NCBI GenBank assembly: GCA_051294375.1
Contig: CM119267.1
Span: 26,241,293 to 26,305,292 of the forward strand
DNA: 64,000 bases
DNA from: Paraspadella gotoi
Lineage: Eukaryota; Animalia; Chaetognatha
Direction of reading: 5' to 3'
This document shows, one piece after another, positions 1 through 13,030 of this stretch (the first letter of the stretch is position 1; every line of letters begins with the position of its first letter). Below the pieces are notes generated by a model, which saw only the letters and a list, made by a program, of their open reading frames with translations, was not told the DNA's origin and ran no database searches. Position numbers and translations under genes: made by a program.

Positions 1-929
1 TGATGGCAATATTGCTATTTTTAAGTTCAAAAAAAAAATCCGACCATAAATATGAAAATATTAACCAAAATCTTCGGAAAATCCACCCCTTCTTTGGAAG
101 ATTTTCGCCATATAAGATTTTTTCCGAATCTGACTCCGGTTCAAACTCTTAGAATTCCGATCGTTAGCTCCTCTTTTACTTTTACTTTAAATAAAAATTT
201 ACACCAAAATGGACTAATTCACTTTAAACATGATTGTATCATATTAAAATAACAAATGAAATGTAAAGAAAAATTTTGAGAGCCCTTCAGACATATTGCT
301 ATGGATTCTGAATTCGAAGTTTATTGTAAAATGACAACATACCTTAAATGCGTTGACATTGTATTGAAGTTGAGAAATCCCTTTATTTTATATATAAAAA
401 TTGCGTCAAAATATTTTCCCGAGCGGACCAGTCCATTTGATCGAATGGTTCGATGTCAAAATGATGGTTATTTGTCAAGAGAAAAAAAATGCGAGCCCTT
501 CAGATGCAACAGGATCGGAATCGAGTGTTTTACATCTATTTTTTACCTGAATTTTTCCCAGGGGCGTTGACATTATTTGGTAGTCAGATTTTAACGAAAA
601 TCTCCATTGAAAAAGTCTTCCTCGATTTCTAAGACGACGTAGACTCCTAATATATATATATATTCTTTTCTTCTTTTTTCTTTCTGTAAAAATTAATTTT
701 CTGATATCATAACGTTTGGTTCTTCAATCTCCCCAATTCCAAAAAATGTAATTCTTTCTTCTCTAGTCAATGGAAAGTGGTCAAAAAATTCGATGTTGTC
801 AGCTCGCCTATTTTTGTTAAAAATTCGGTAAGGGCAAATCTTTTCCAAGTTTCAATTTTTTTTCATGTAAAGATGGTATAGAATTTCTTTTTTGTTTCCA
901 ACTTTAGACTAAAAATTAATTCTTGAAAT

Positions 930-1910
930 CCGACAATGACGACAACGAAACATAACGAAAAAGACGAAAAAGACAAAAACAATTGAATAGAGATGACGAA
1001 AACGACGGCGAAGACGAAAAAATGGATAACAAAACAAAAACGACGAAACGTCGACGAAAATGATAACAAAACGACAACAACAACAAAAAAGATGATGAAA
1101 GCAACAACAGATGATAACAACCGATATGAAGACGACAACGACGAAGATGACAACAATAACAACAACGACGAAAACAATGACGAAGACGACAACAATAACA
1201 ACACACGACGAAAACAATGACGAAGACGACAACAAAAACATCAAGACGACGACAACAATAACGATGACAAAAACGAAAACGCCGAAAACGACAATGAAGA
1301 AGACGACAACGACGACGAAAACAACAACAAAGACATGACGAAAACGACACAAAGACGATGACGACGACAACGACGAAGAAGACGACAAAAACGAAGGCGA
1401 AAACGACGACGAAAACGAAGGCGAAGACGAAGTAAAAGACAACAATGAGAACGGCAGCAAAAAAGAGAGAGTGAAAGAAAGAGAGAGAAAGAAAGAGAGA
1501 CTCGGAAAGAGAGAGTTTCAAATTTAAGCAAGCAGCGGGGATTTAATTAAAGTACAGATTAATAAGTTAATGATTGACATTTTGATTGTGATTATGACGA
1601 CGAAAACGACAAAACAATGACAAAAAATACGGCGAATATGACGAAAAAAAGTTAGAGGAAAACGACGACGAAGAGGAAGACAAAACCGACGACGAAAAAT
1701 AAGAAGACGAAAACGACGACGAAGAAGACAGAGAAGACAAAAACGACTGCAAAGACGAACTCATAATCACTGTCAATGATTTTTTATTATAAATTTATTG
1801 ACATAGTTGGTAATAACCTTTCTTTTTCGTTGGTATGTATATTAGAGGCAATTTGGTTTCCTCACCACTTGACCACTATTCTTTCTCAACTCTGTGTGGG
1901 AAACTTTGCC

Positions 1911-1955
<45 letters not shown>

Positions 1956-2645
1956 ACTCTCTCACTCTCTCTCCCTTCTTTCACACAAAAAACTGTCTAA
2001 CAATTCACAAATTATGATGAAGGCTTGCATTCAAAGCAGAAACGTTTCGAAACGTTTCTTTGAAATAAAAATTCGTAGTAAACTGAAACCAAATTGCCTA
2101 TAAATTTATTATAACGAAAACGACAACGAAAACGATGAAAACGACGACGAAAACGACGAAAACGACAAAGAAAACAATGACGAAGACGACGATGAAGACG
2201 ACGACGAAAACGACAACGAAAACGGTGAAGACGACGACAAAAACAACGTAAGATGACGACGAAGACAACGACGACGACGAAAATGACAACGAAAACGACA
2301 AGAAACAATGACGACGACGACGACGACGATGAAGACGACGACGAAAACGACAACGAAAACGATGAAGACGACGACAAAATCAACGTAAGATGACGACGAA
2401 GACGACGACGACGAAAATGACGACGAAAACGATGACAAAACGACGACGAAAATGACGGTGAAAACGACGACAAAAACGACGACGACGAACGGACGACGAC
2501 AAATGACGGTGAAAACGACGACGAAAATGACGGTGAAAACGACGACGATGAAAACTGACTGTAAAGCCGAAGACAAAAGCAACTCTCTCTCTCTCTCTCT
2601 CTCTCAAAACCGATGACGAAAAAGATGAAGAAACGACGGCGAACA
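930..2645. repeat. Degenerate (GAC/AAC)n and (CT)n simple repeats
   Basis: Low-complexity trinucleotide tracts that generate spurious ORFs in several frames. Confidence 0.9.
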
Positions 2646-3579
2646 CTTTGTCATTGAATTTTTTTTATTATAAATTTATTACAACGAGTGAGATAGAAAT
2701 GAGAGAGAAAGTAAAAAAAATATAATGAAACCAATATGCATTTTCAATTTTATTATAAATTTGATTTTGAAATTCATTAGCCTCGCAGACGTATTTTGCT
2801 GGTCGTCTTCTATTTCTTTTTGGTTAAGAGTTAAATTTCATTCATTCACTATTTACTAACTTTATAATAAGATTTTAGCATCAATATCTCCATTTTATTG
2901 TTGGAATTGGTACTACAGTCAACGGAAACCGGAAAGATATCACATAGGGCATGAGAAATGTTTACCAAATGAAATGACATCCTTGTTCGAATTTTAAGAG
3001 GGATTTGACCTTTTTTTCTGTCCTTTCCTGTGCGTGTATGAAGGAGATGATATCACTATTAAAATTCCTTTATCAGAGGAGGCCCAGATGCAAGAATTCA
3101 GCTTTCTGCATTAAAAAATAAAAATTCGAAATTCATAGAAAAATGACTTCCCAAGTGAAAGTAAGAGAATGGAGGGTATCAGTATTTAGGGGAGATCAAT
3201 TAAAAAATTTTCCAATAAATATCTCATCCTTGTTCGAATTGCAACAAGGAGATGGGAATTTTTTCTCCACTTTCCCGCGCGAAGAAAAATTAATGACTAT
3301 CACCATTCGAATTCCTTTAATGATAGACCCTTAAGCTTATGATATCACTTTTATCACTGGGTCCCTTAAGATTTTTTTTTATTTTCGTTTCGTTTGAATT
3401 TAAGAGGCAGAGAAATGTAATTTTTTTATGTTTGTTTGAAAACGACAATTGTTTTGTTTACATGGAAAATACAATTAAAACTGAAACATGCCCGTATTTT
3501 CGTGTTAATAAAGCTCTAGTTGTTTTTCATTTTATGTATGTTTATTGTTTAACCCCACTCTTTCCTTCCTCGTTCCCAG

Positions 3580-6500
3580 AGCTCGATCGCCGATATTTCC
3601 TGACCGAAAAACTTCTGTGGGAATTCGCTCGTTTCGACTTTTCCCGCGATGGAGTCATTTTTGTAGCGGAGGCGGAAAAGATCACCAGCCTCGTTTTGAG
3701 AGGAAAAGGAAGAGGATTCACGAAAAAAGCATGGCGCCGATTCGTTGAAAAGAGAGAATTCCCTCAAAGCAAAGTCGCTTTCGAAGAAATTCAGGTTTTT
3801 CTCTCTCACGTTCATCTCGATGAAAAGATGGAGGAGGAAGAGGAGGAAGAAGGGGATGAAAACGAGGACGATGTCGATCTCAGAAAAATTATGACTTGTA
3901 TCGATGAAAAGTTATTTGTCATGGAAGAAATGGAGAGACAGAGGAAAAGTCGGGAGAACAAAGAAAAAAGAAAAATAAAAGAGGAGAGAGAAGAAATGAG
4001 AAAAGAGGAAGAGAAGAAAGCGAAAGAGAAAGTAGACAGGCTCGCAAAGGAGAAAAAAAATAGACAATCAAAAGAGGAGGAAGAGAAGAGTGCAAAGGAT
4101 GAAAAAGAAAAAAGAGAAAAGGATGAGGAAGAAAGAAAAGCAAAAGAGGAGGAAGAAGCAAAAGCTAAAAAGGAAGAAGAAAGAAAAACAAAAGAGGAAG
4201 AAAAAAGAATTGCAAAGAAGGAAGAAAAAAGAATTGCAAAGGAGGAAGTAGAAAAAAGAGCAAAAATGGAGCAGGAAGGAAGAGTAAATGAGGAAGAAGA
4301 AAGAAAAGTAAATGAGGAAGAAGAAAGAAAAGTAAATGAGGAAGAAGAAAGAAAAGTAAATGAGGAAGAAGAAAGAAAATCAAAGGAGGAGCGAGAAAGA
4401 AAAACAAAGGAGGAGCGAGAAAGAAAAGCAAAGGAGGAGCGAGAAAGAAAAGCAAAGGAGGAGCGTGAAAGAAAAGCAAAGGAGGAGCGAGAAAGAAAAG
4501 CAAAGGAGGAGGAAGAAAAAATAGTAAAGGAGGAAGAAACAAAAGTAAAAGAAGAAGAAAGAAACGCAAAGGATGAGCAAGAGTGGAGAACAGCTAAAAA
4601 TCGGAATAAAATTATGAAGGAGACAATTCGGGTTGATGAAATGAAAATCCGTCAGCGTCTAAAAACCTCCATCGTCAAAAAAGATAAAAAGGATTTGGAA
4701 ATCTCTTTAAATGATTTTAAAAAAGCGAGACTCACCGATTCGGACGGGGATCTTGCCAAGGCAGAGCGACTGCTTAAAGCTCTCGTCGTCAAAGCCGAGC
4801 TGGTTCGCGCCGTCGACGAACGACTCCTTGCCGAACTGGAACGGCTCTTGAAGCTCATCGCCAGGGAGAAGCTTCGTGGGAGTGATGTCGACGAGCCGAT
4901 CGGTGAGGAACTCGTCGCGCGCGCGCAAGATTTAGTAGAGCGGCTGCGGAGGCTTAAGGACGCGCAAAAGAACGTTCTAGATCTAAAGCAATCCACCATC
5001 TCAGAAATCCGAAGATATTCTAACCCACCTCCCCTCGTCCACCAAATCATGACCGCTACTATCATGCTGGTTGGCTACCGAGAGAACGAACTTAAGAACT
5101 GGCAAAATGTTCAGGTCGGTATGAAGTAATTTACCATGATGGAAAAAAAAATTGTCGCGGTTTGGAAAAGTCAGTTAATTTCATTGTAAAATATATTTTT
5201 TAGATAATAAATTAGTTTTAATATATAATATGACCTTAGGACTGAATAAAATGATTATTTTTTAAAAGCATAAAATTATTTAATGCATTCAAATACAGAA
5301 GGCTTATTATTATAAAATGTGGTACCCCTTTTTTGTGACCAGAATCTGTTCCCACCAAACTACCGGATCGAATTTCTTGAAATTTTACATTTAGAGTTCT
5401 AATGACAATATAAATGGAACTATCGAGGCGAATTTTAATATTCAACCCCTGACAAAAGATACAGGGCCTTGGGGCTAGACCCCTAGGGGGCCAAAAAAGG
5501 CTAAAATTTTTTTTGTCATTTTTTATAATTTTTTAGTAGAATCAGGTTTATCAATGTTTTAAACATATAAAAATATTTTTTAAAACTAAAATTCTATCAT
5601 GTAGTTCTTCCCCACCAACAAGTGAGCATCTGCTCTGCAAACGCGACATCTCCCGAGAGAAAAACGAAGAGGAAACCTCCTCTTCCCCGCCCTCTCCTCC
5701 CCCTCCCGTACGCTACCTCAGTACGCCGTCACGAGACAGAATCACTTCTTCTGTTCGCGCTTTTGCGCTCACAGTCTCCCGGCTTTTTTCAAAAGCCATG
5801 CCCTCTTCTCCAAATTAGCAACGCTCTCTCTAGCGTTCGTCGCGAATTTCGCCGCTCGTCTCGTTCCGAGTTGGAGAGTCTTCAGCGGTGAGTTCTTCTC
5901 TTTTCGTTTTTGTTTTTTCGCCTTTGGCGTACATTCGGCGTACAGAGGGGTTTTCCTCCTGTGCCCCACCTAACTCGACTTTGTTTGTTTTTTGTCGGGC
6001 CTTCACCTGGTCTTGTTACAGGCTCACTTGTTGGTGGGGAAGAACTACATGATAGAATTTATGGTTCCAAATGGAACCGGGATTCTTCATGGTTCTTCCC
6101 CACCAACAACTACCCACCGTCCACCCCTGGCACCACCGGTGGTGGAGGGCGGCTCAGGCTTGCTTGTTCTTGTTTGGTGGGGTTTTGTTAGGGTTGAGAC
6201 TGTCACTTTTTCAATGATTTCTCTTTTTTCCATGTACGTTTTCTTCATGGTTCTTGGACGCCTCTGTTCGCCATTCGCCGTTCTTCGTCGGTCTTTGTTT
6301 GTACGCCAGTCTTCGCGTTCTTTGGCGGCCTCTTTGGCGGCGGATCGGCCTTCACGCTCCGAGAGGGTGACTGTGTCACGCCTTCCTCGTCGAGCCCCAC
6401 CTGCGCGAGTCGACGACGACGCCTCGGTTTCCGGATTAGAGGAGGGTTCCTCCTCTGAAGAGTCTGTTGAGGGGTTTGACAACTTCCTGTCTCGTCGTGC

Positions 6501-9500
6501 TTCTGTACAGCCTTCGGAGTGGGTCTTACAGCAGTGGAGGGACTTGCACAGAGTTGGCCAGGACGACGTTCTTTTACCGTCGTGGGACGTGTTTTCCGCC
6601 ATTAGCGTTTCAGGCGCTGGTCGGATGTCTCTTTGCCGGCGGATTTTCGTCCTCCTGCTTAAGAGAGTTGCCTTGCCGCTCAGTTCGACGCCGTTCGGAA
6701 GGACTCCAAGACGACGCGCGCTTTCAAGGCTTTTGAGCGCATCATGAGAGACGCTGGAGCGTCCCCTCATGCTGTCCTTTCTGTCGCTGACGCTCTCTGC
6801 CTCATGGTCGAGGCCCTTCGCTCGGAGGGGCTCGGTGCAGTGGATGCAGGCCACCTTGACGATCTTGCCAAGCCCCTTGGAGACGTCTCGTTGGGTTTGG
6901 CGGCGATTTTTGTTTTGGCCCTCTCCGAGTCTCGGCGCTTAGTTGTCGACGCTGCCCCTTCGGATCTCAAGACAGTTCTGTTCAGTTCTCCGCCCTCCAC
7001 GGCATTCTTTTTTGGAGACCGCTCCACAGACGTCACTCAAGCGTTCTATTTTTCGCTTCTCCGCTCCGGGGCACCACTGTTCTGCTAGCCGCAAGCGTGG
7101 GCGTGGCAGTCCGCGTAGTCCCGCTCGCCGTCCCTACCAGCCTCGCAAGTCTTCGCCGCCTCCCAAGCGTAGAGGCGGGGCTCCAGGGACGTCAAAGGAC
7201 GCCGACTGATTGCCCGACAGCTCTTTCGGCCATTGCCTCGTCCGGCCGTCAGTTTCTCCAGACCTGGTTTTCGTCCATGGACTGGTTTTTTGCGGTTTCT
7301 CATCCCCCCCTTCTACGACGTCCGGTCAAGTGGGCGTGGCGCTTCACCGGAAGTCTTCGCGGGATTCCCCCCTCTTGGTTTGCTTGGTTACGAGTGATTC
7401 TGTCTCTTGACGGCGTACCGAGGTAGCGTACGGGAGGGGAAAGAGAAGGCGGGGAAGAGGAGGTTTCCTCTTCGTTTTTCTCTCGGGAGATGTCGCGTTT
7501 GCAGAGCAGATGCTCACTTGTTGGTGGGGAAGAACCATGAAGAATCCCGGTTCTATTTGGAACCATAAATTAATAAATTTTTTGCTAATTAATCGGTATT
7601 TGAAGATGCATGGTTCATCTTTTTTCTCCAAATTTTCCAGAATTATTCCAAATCTGACTTGAACGGCTGATGTTCATGAAGCTGAAACTTATGGTAAACT
7701 AATATTTTTGTGGAAGAGTAAACGTCTGGGCAACTGTTCAAAACCAAAAAAAAAAAATTTTTTTTTAAATTTTTACCATTTTTTGCCCCCATGAGTGACC
7801 CCTACCGGGCCCCATATCTTGGCTCAGGGGTCAAATATTTAAATTTGCCTCCATATTTCTATTTGTATTCACATAGGGATCGTTCATACCAAATTTCATT
7901 AAAATCTATTCAATAGTTTTCTCGGAACGTGTTCTGGTCACAAAAAAAGGGTACCACATTTTATAATATGAAGCCTTCTGTACTTCCAAAAGAGGTTCTC
8001 TCTGTTTTCACTTTTTGATCAAAAAGACTACTCATTCGCCTCCCAACCCAAAGGTCCGGGGTTCTAGCCCGGTGGCCGCCTAGCAGTTAAGAGGGACGGG
8101 GCGCTTAACCCGCCTGTAACACGGTGTTACAGCCTGATCCGAAGCTCAGAGACTGCTTATATTGAACGGTTCTGTCACTAACACAATAATAATTACTGTC
8201 TTTTCATGATATTTTGCTTAAAAGAGAAACGTTTAGCGTGTCAAAAAAATAGGAAAAAAAGAGTAAAACGTTCTGACAAATTTAAAAATTTATGGAGGAA
8301 ATATAAAAATAAAAATATAAAAATAATATTCTGGAGCATCTACAGCATTTATATATTTTTAATACCATTATTTTTTTGATGTATGAATTAAGATTCATCC
8401 CCGAATCTATTCTAATGGAAATGGTACAATAATGAGACAGAGAAAAGGCAGAGATTTTTAATAATAATGGTTTAACTCAAAAAGTAATAAAAAAGAACTG
8501 GAAATTAGTATCAATAAAAAGTATAGATATGAAAAAGATAAAAAAAAGAATCATTTTTTTGAAAAACTCATTTTATTTTGTATGGAACTCTTGTATTTTT
8601 TGTTATACATAAATGAGATACACATTTATGTAAGCAGACAGGGATTTCGATATGAAATCAAGGTGGAATTTATTTGTAGAATAACAATCAAGAAGACGGT
8701 GTCAATTTTGAACAGATTGCTCCGATACAAAATCTACAGCTATTTATACAGTACAAGTGGATCAGAGACATGGGTAAAATTTACAGCCCATTCGCTTATT
8801 GGCCGATGCCATTTGGCTCTCAACCAATCAGAGCTTGATTCTATTTTTAGTGATTTCTCCCCGAGTCTTTGATCTGGTTCCATTCGATTCCACCTTTTGA
8901 GTTTCTGTTTTTCCTGTAATAGTTTTTGGATATCTAAATTTTATTTTTCGATTTTTAAATTAAAATGTTAAAAAATAGCTGGAAAGTAACCACAACAATT
9001 TTTTTTCCATCATGTTATTACAAAAATTATATATTGTATTAAATTGGTACAAACATTCATTTAATAAATAAGCTATCTGGTGGTTATCGTAAATTTATAG
9101 TAATTTTATAGAAAATCTTTATTTGTGGTTGTCTTTTTACTTTTTCCATATTAGTACCTTTTTAAGTCACTTTTTAGTCGGCTCATTTTAACGCATTTCC
9201 TAACTTTATAATCCACTTTGTTGGTCTTTCGGTCCCACACTAAAATTTTGTCTTTAAATCATTTTGATCATCTCAAACATCGAATTATAAAAAAACATAA
9301 AATAATATGCCTGTCTCTCAGTCTATTCTACCATCCATGCTTGAATGTGGGTATAAAAAGTTTAACCACCACAATAATCAAAACAGCAACCGCCATAACC
9401 TTAAAAATTAAAACCACAACCGTAATAACGACAATAACTTTTAAAATTTTAACAATAAAAACGGATACAATACTAATAACAACTATAATCATTAAAATAT

Positions 9501-10533
9501 CTATAATAACAACGATATCATCGCATCAATGAATGATTATTATCACATCAGTGAATGACTATTATCGCATCAATGAATGAGTATCATCACATAAGTGAAT
9601 GAGTATCATCACATCAGTGGATGAATATCATCACATCAGTGATGGAATATCATCACATCAGTAAATGAGTATTATCAAATCAGTGAATAAGTATCATCAT
9701 ATCAGTGAATGAGTATCATAACATCAGTGAATGAGTATCATCACATCAGTGAATGAGTATCATCACATCAGTGAATGAGTATCATCACATCAGTGAATGA
9801 GTATCATCACATCAGTGAATGAGTATCATCACATAAGTGGATGAATATCATCACATAAGTGGATGAATATCATCACATAAGTGGATGAATATCATCACAT
9901 AAGTGGATGAATATCATTACATCAGTGGTTGAATATCTTCACATCAGTAAATGAGTATCATCATATCAGTGAATGAGTATCATCACAACAGTGAATGAGT
10001 ATCATCACAACAGTGAATGAGTATCATCACATCAGTGAATGAGTATCATCACATCGCATCAATAATTTGTTTTCTTCGCATCAATAATTCATTATTGCAA
10101 CAATTATTATTACCTCAATCATTTGTGTTTTTTTACAGATTTTTTAATTAATTTTCTTTGATAGTAAAGTCTGGCGAGATCACTATACTTTTAAGATTTT
10201 TAGTCGGATCTGCTTATAAGCAGATCCCGACTCTATAATTCACTTTGTTGGTCCGTTGGTCCGCCCCCTCAATCTTGTCGGGCATTTACATATATCATGT
10301 CAGAACATCGAATTAAGATTTTTTTTTATCAGGCTATTCTCGGGAAGGCAGGAAAGGAGAGCATCAAGCGGCGTATCACTTCTTGCGCCCCGCAGTTCGT
10401 GAGTCGGGAGGCGGCGTCTCGTTCTAAGGAAATCCTCGCCGGAGTCGATCTTGTCGAAGTCAAGGACGTTTCTCTCGGCGCCGGAACATTTTTCGTTTGG
10501 GCCAACGACATGATTGATTCTTCTTTGGGTTAA
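3580..10533 (+). CDS. 3' exons of a charged coiled-coil protein with a C-terminal dynein heavy-chain microtubule-binding-domain-like module
   Basis: Exon 3580-5114 (cccag acceptor, CAG/gt donor) splices in frame to 10333-10533 (atcag acceptor, TAA, then AATAAA). An E/K/R-rich repeat is followed by LKQSTISEIRRYSNPPPLVHQIMTATIMLVGY..W..VQ/AILGK...VKDVSLGAGTFFVWANDMI, resembling dynein stalk-head helices. Upstream exons were not identified. Confidence 0.7.
5296..7980. mobile_element. TA-flanked MITE (Tc1/mariner-like), host of the DIRS element
   Basis: TIR CAGAAGGCTT(C/A)..ATTATAAAATGTGGTACCC with TA on both sides. Confidence 0.85.
5589..7571 (+). mobile_element. Non-autonomous DIRS-like (tyrosine-recombinase class) retroelement
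   Basis: ITRs 5604-5746 and 7393-7535. Internal complementary region 6022-6109 is the reverse complement of the right end plus left end joined across AAATT. GC-rich gag-like remnant; AAATT at both junctions. Confidence 0.85.
8032..8206 (+). mobile_element. 5'-truncated family T1 unit (twister fold 8082-8157)
   Basis: Nearly identical to 49092-49268. TAA of the predicted cleavage site is at 8106-8108; the unit ends in CA. Confidence 0.78.
9520..10060. repeat. 21-bp minisatellite (ATCACATCAGTGAATGAGTATC-type)
   Basis: About 25 tandem units; a related array lies at 48250-48600. Confidence 0.9.
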
Positions 10534-11020
10534 CAAATAAACCAAACTTAATTGGCCACAATATATCGTAGTCCGTCCGAATTTTAACTACTATTTTTGC
10601 CATTTTTAATTACTGACTTTACTAAGAGATAACAAATTTTTGTATTCAACAACGACAATTTTTAATTTTTTTTTTTTTTAAATAATGACTTTTATCTACT
10701 TTCTAATGGTTAAAATTTATTGTTGATCTCAATTTAGTATAAGCCATTCTATGAGTTGCATTTTTTACTCGTCTTTTTTAAATTTGTTTTCGTTCTTTGA
10801 ATTACTCGCGATATCAGGTTATGAGGAATTAAAAAGTTAAGTATTGGTAATGTGTCGAGAAATTCGTAGTTGTGCCGACTATTCGATCATTTCCATTTGA
10901 TCGTCGGCGCCTCGGATTGAAATCTTAAATCATCATCATTCGATCGTTGATTCTGGTTTCGGTCGGCGTCTAGTTTTGATTTGATCTTCGTCTCCGGATT
11001 TGAACTCTACTCGGTCGCCG

Positions 11021-12619
11021 ATGGATCAGGGTTACGAGCGCCGTCTTCTGTTCGGCGCGACGCCAGTCGCCGGCCCGGGGGCCGATTCGGCCGCGAGGCT
11101 CTTCGGTTCCCCACCCGGGCCTTCGGGAACCAACTTCAACGGTTCCCCGATTCCTACCCGTCGGAACCTGACGCCTGTAAATTCGCCTAACAAAGAAAAG
11201 TACGGCGATCGCTACATTCCAACGAGAATGGGAAACAACTGGGAACTGGCCTTTAACTCAGTCAGAGACAGAGAGGCAGCGTCTCCGACGGCGGCGCGCA
11301 AAGCTCGCGAGATTTCGTCGGACGCGGATCGCAACGGACTCACTTACAATCTCCTTTTAAAGAACGAGCTCTTCGGCGCCGGGATCGAAGATCTCAAAGA
11401 GGCAGGAGTCTCCCCCGGCGCCGGCCTCAACTCGGCCGCCAACACCGCCAACGCTGGGGACACCAACGCCGTTGGCTCCGTGGAGAAATCGCGCGCGCCT
11501 TTACAGCAAATGGAGCCGAGGAATCTATTTACTTATCGGGTCAGTCGACGTAGCATCGACTCCAACGACAGTTCTCCCTACTCGCTCTCCCCTGTCGGCC
11601 TTAAATCGCAGAAGCTGCTCAGTTCCCCGCGTAAGGCCACTCGTAAAATATCCAAGATCCCCTTTAAAGTCTTGGACGCCCCGGACCTTCAAGATGACTT
11701 TTACCTGAACCTGGTAGATTGGTCCTCCCAGAACGTCTTAAGCGTAGGGCTTGGGCCCTGCGTCTACCTGTGGAGCGCCTGCACAAGCCAGGTGACGCGT
11801 CTCTGCGACCTGGCGAGCGACAACGACTCCGTCACGTCCGTCGCTTGGAACGAACGCGGCAACCTCGTCGCTGTCGGCACGAACAAAGGTTTTGTTCAAG
11901 TCTGGGACGTCGCCGCCTCTAAGCGCCTCGCCGTTCTCGAGGGTCACTCGGCCCGCGTGGGGGCGTTGGCCTGGAACGCCGATACGCTTTCGACCGCTAG
12001 TCGTGACAGACTAATTCTTCAGCGAGACATTCGTACGCCACCCGTCGTGCCCGAGCGTCGCCTCGTCGGCCATAGGCAAGAAGTCTGTGGCCTTAAGTGG
12101 TCGCCCGATCATCAGCATCTGGCCTCCGGCGGCAATGACAACAAGCTCTTCGTCTGGAATCAAAGCTCGACGCAACCCGTACAAACCTACGTGGAACACG
12201 TCGCCGCCGTCAAAGCCATCTCGTGGTCGCCTCATCAGCATGGTCTGCTCGCCTCGGGTGGCGGAACGGCCGACCGTTGTATCCGCTTTTGGAACACTTT
12301 GACGGGGCAACCCTTGCAATGCGTCGACACTGGCTCACAAGTGTGTAACTTGGCTTGGTCCAAACACGCAAACGAATTAGTCAGCACTCATGGGTACAGC
12401 CAAAACCAAATTCTCGTGTGGAAGTACCCAGCCCTCGTTCAAGTGGCCAAGTTGACCGGCCACTCCTACCGCGTCCTTTATCTGGCCGTCTCTCCCGACG
12501 GCGAAGCCATCGTCACAGGCGCCGGCGATGAAACCCTTCGCTTCTGGAACGTCTTTTCCAAGTGCCGCTCCACCAAGGAGAGCAAATCGGTTCTCAACCT
12601 TTTTACGCGCATCAGATGA
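11021..12619 (+). CDS. FZR1: Fizzy-related protein (Cdh1), APC/C activator, single exon
   Basis: Starts MDQGYERRLL at ATG 11021. Has the C-box DRYIPTR, KIPFKVLDAPDLQDDFYLNLVDWS, WD40 repeats and the C-terminal IR tail. Confidence 0.97.
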   Translation: MDQGYERRLLFGATPVAGPGADSAARLFGSPPGPSGTNFNGSPIPTRRNLTPVNSPNKEKYGDRYIPTRMGNNWELAFNSVRDREAASPTAARKAREISSDADRNGLTYNLLLKNELFGAGIEDLKEAGVSPGAGLNSAANTANAGDTNAVGSVEKSRAPLQQMEPRNLFTYRVSRRSIDSNDSSPYSLSPVGLKSQKLLSSPRKATRKISKIPFKVLDAPDLQDDFYLNLVDWSSQNVLSVGLGPCVYLWSACTSQVTRLCDLASDNDSVTSVAWNERGNLVAVGTNKGFVQVWDVAASKRLAVLEGHSARVGALAWNADTLSTASRDRLILQRDIRTPPVVPERRLVGHRQEVCGLKWSPDHQHLASGGNDNKLFVWNQSSTQPVQTYVEHVAAVKAISWSPHQHGLLASGGGTADRCIRFWNTLTGQPLQCVDTGSQVCNLAWSKHANELVSTHGYSQNQILVWKYPALVQVAKLTGHSYRVLYLAVSPDGEAIVTGAGDETLRFWNVFSKCRSTKESKSVLNLFTRIR

Positions 12620-13030
12620 TTTAATGCAGAAGTCGTGGCTCGGATCGATCGCTCCAACGCGACATCGCCAACTTTGTGTAATTAGCTTTAGTAACGACGG
12701 TTATTTTCAGTTGGATAAGTTGTCAGGGCAGGATTGCAATTTTTCATCCATTTTCGTTTAAAGAAAGAAAAATAATAATTTGATTTTGATCGTGAGGTTT
12801 ACAGACGTAGTCTCTTCTCTCATGATTACATGGTGACAATTTTACAAGCGCCGGTAGAAAAACCCTGTCATTTGCAAACTCATAAAGATTTTTTCAATGT
12901 TAAATATGAATTAAAAAATAAAAACCCAAAGTATTTATATATGCAAATTTTATCAGAATCGACTTTGAAATGCCTCAGCAATGATAGCAGGAAGATGGAT
13001 TTGAAAATCGTCTCTAATTTTTAAACTCAC

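Noticed and set aside
863-2646. Many overlapping ORFs rich in S/V/F or T/K/D
   Set aside because: They are products of GAC/AAC simple repeats.
3339-3579. N-terminal 80 codons of the 596-aa ORF
   Set aside because: AT-rich intron-like sequence ending in a pyrimidine tract and AG at 3579.
11000-11020. TTG start for FZR1 given by the ORF track
   Set aside because: The conserved N-terminus begins at ATG 11021.
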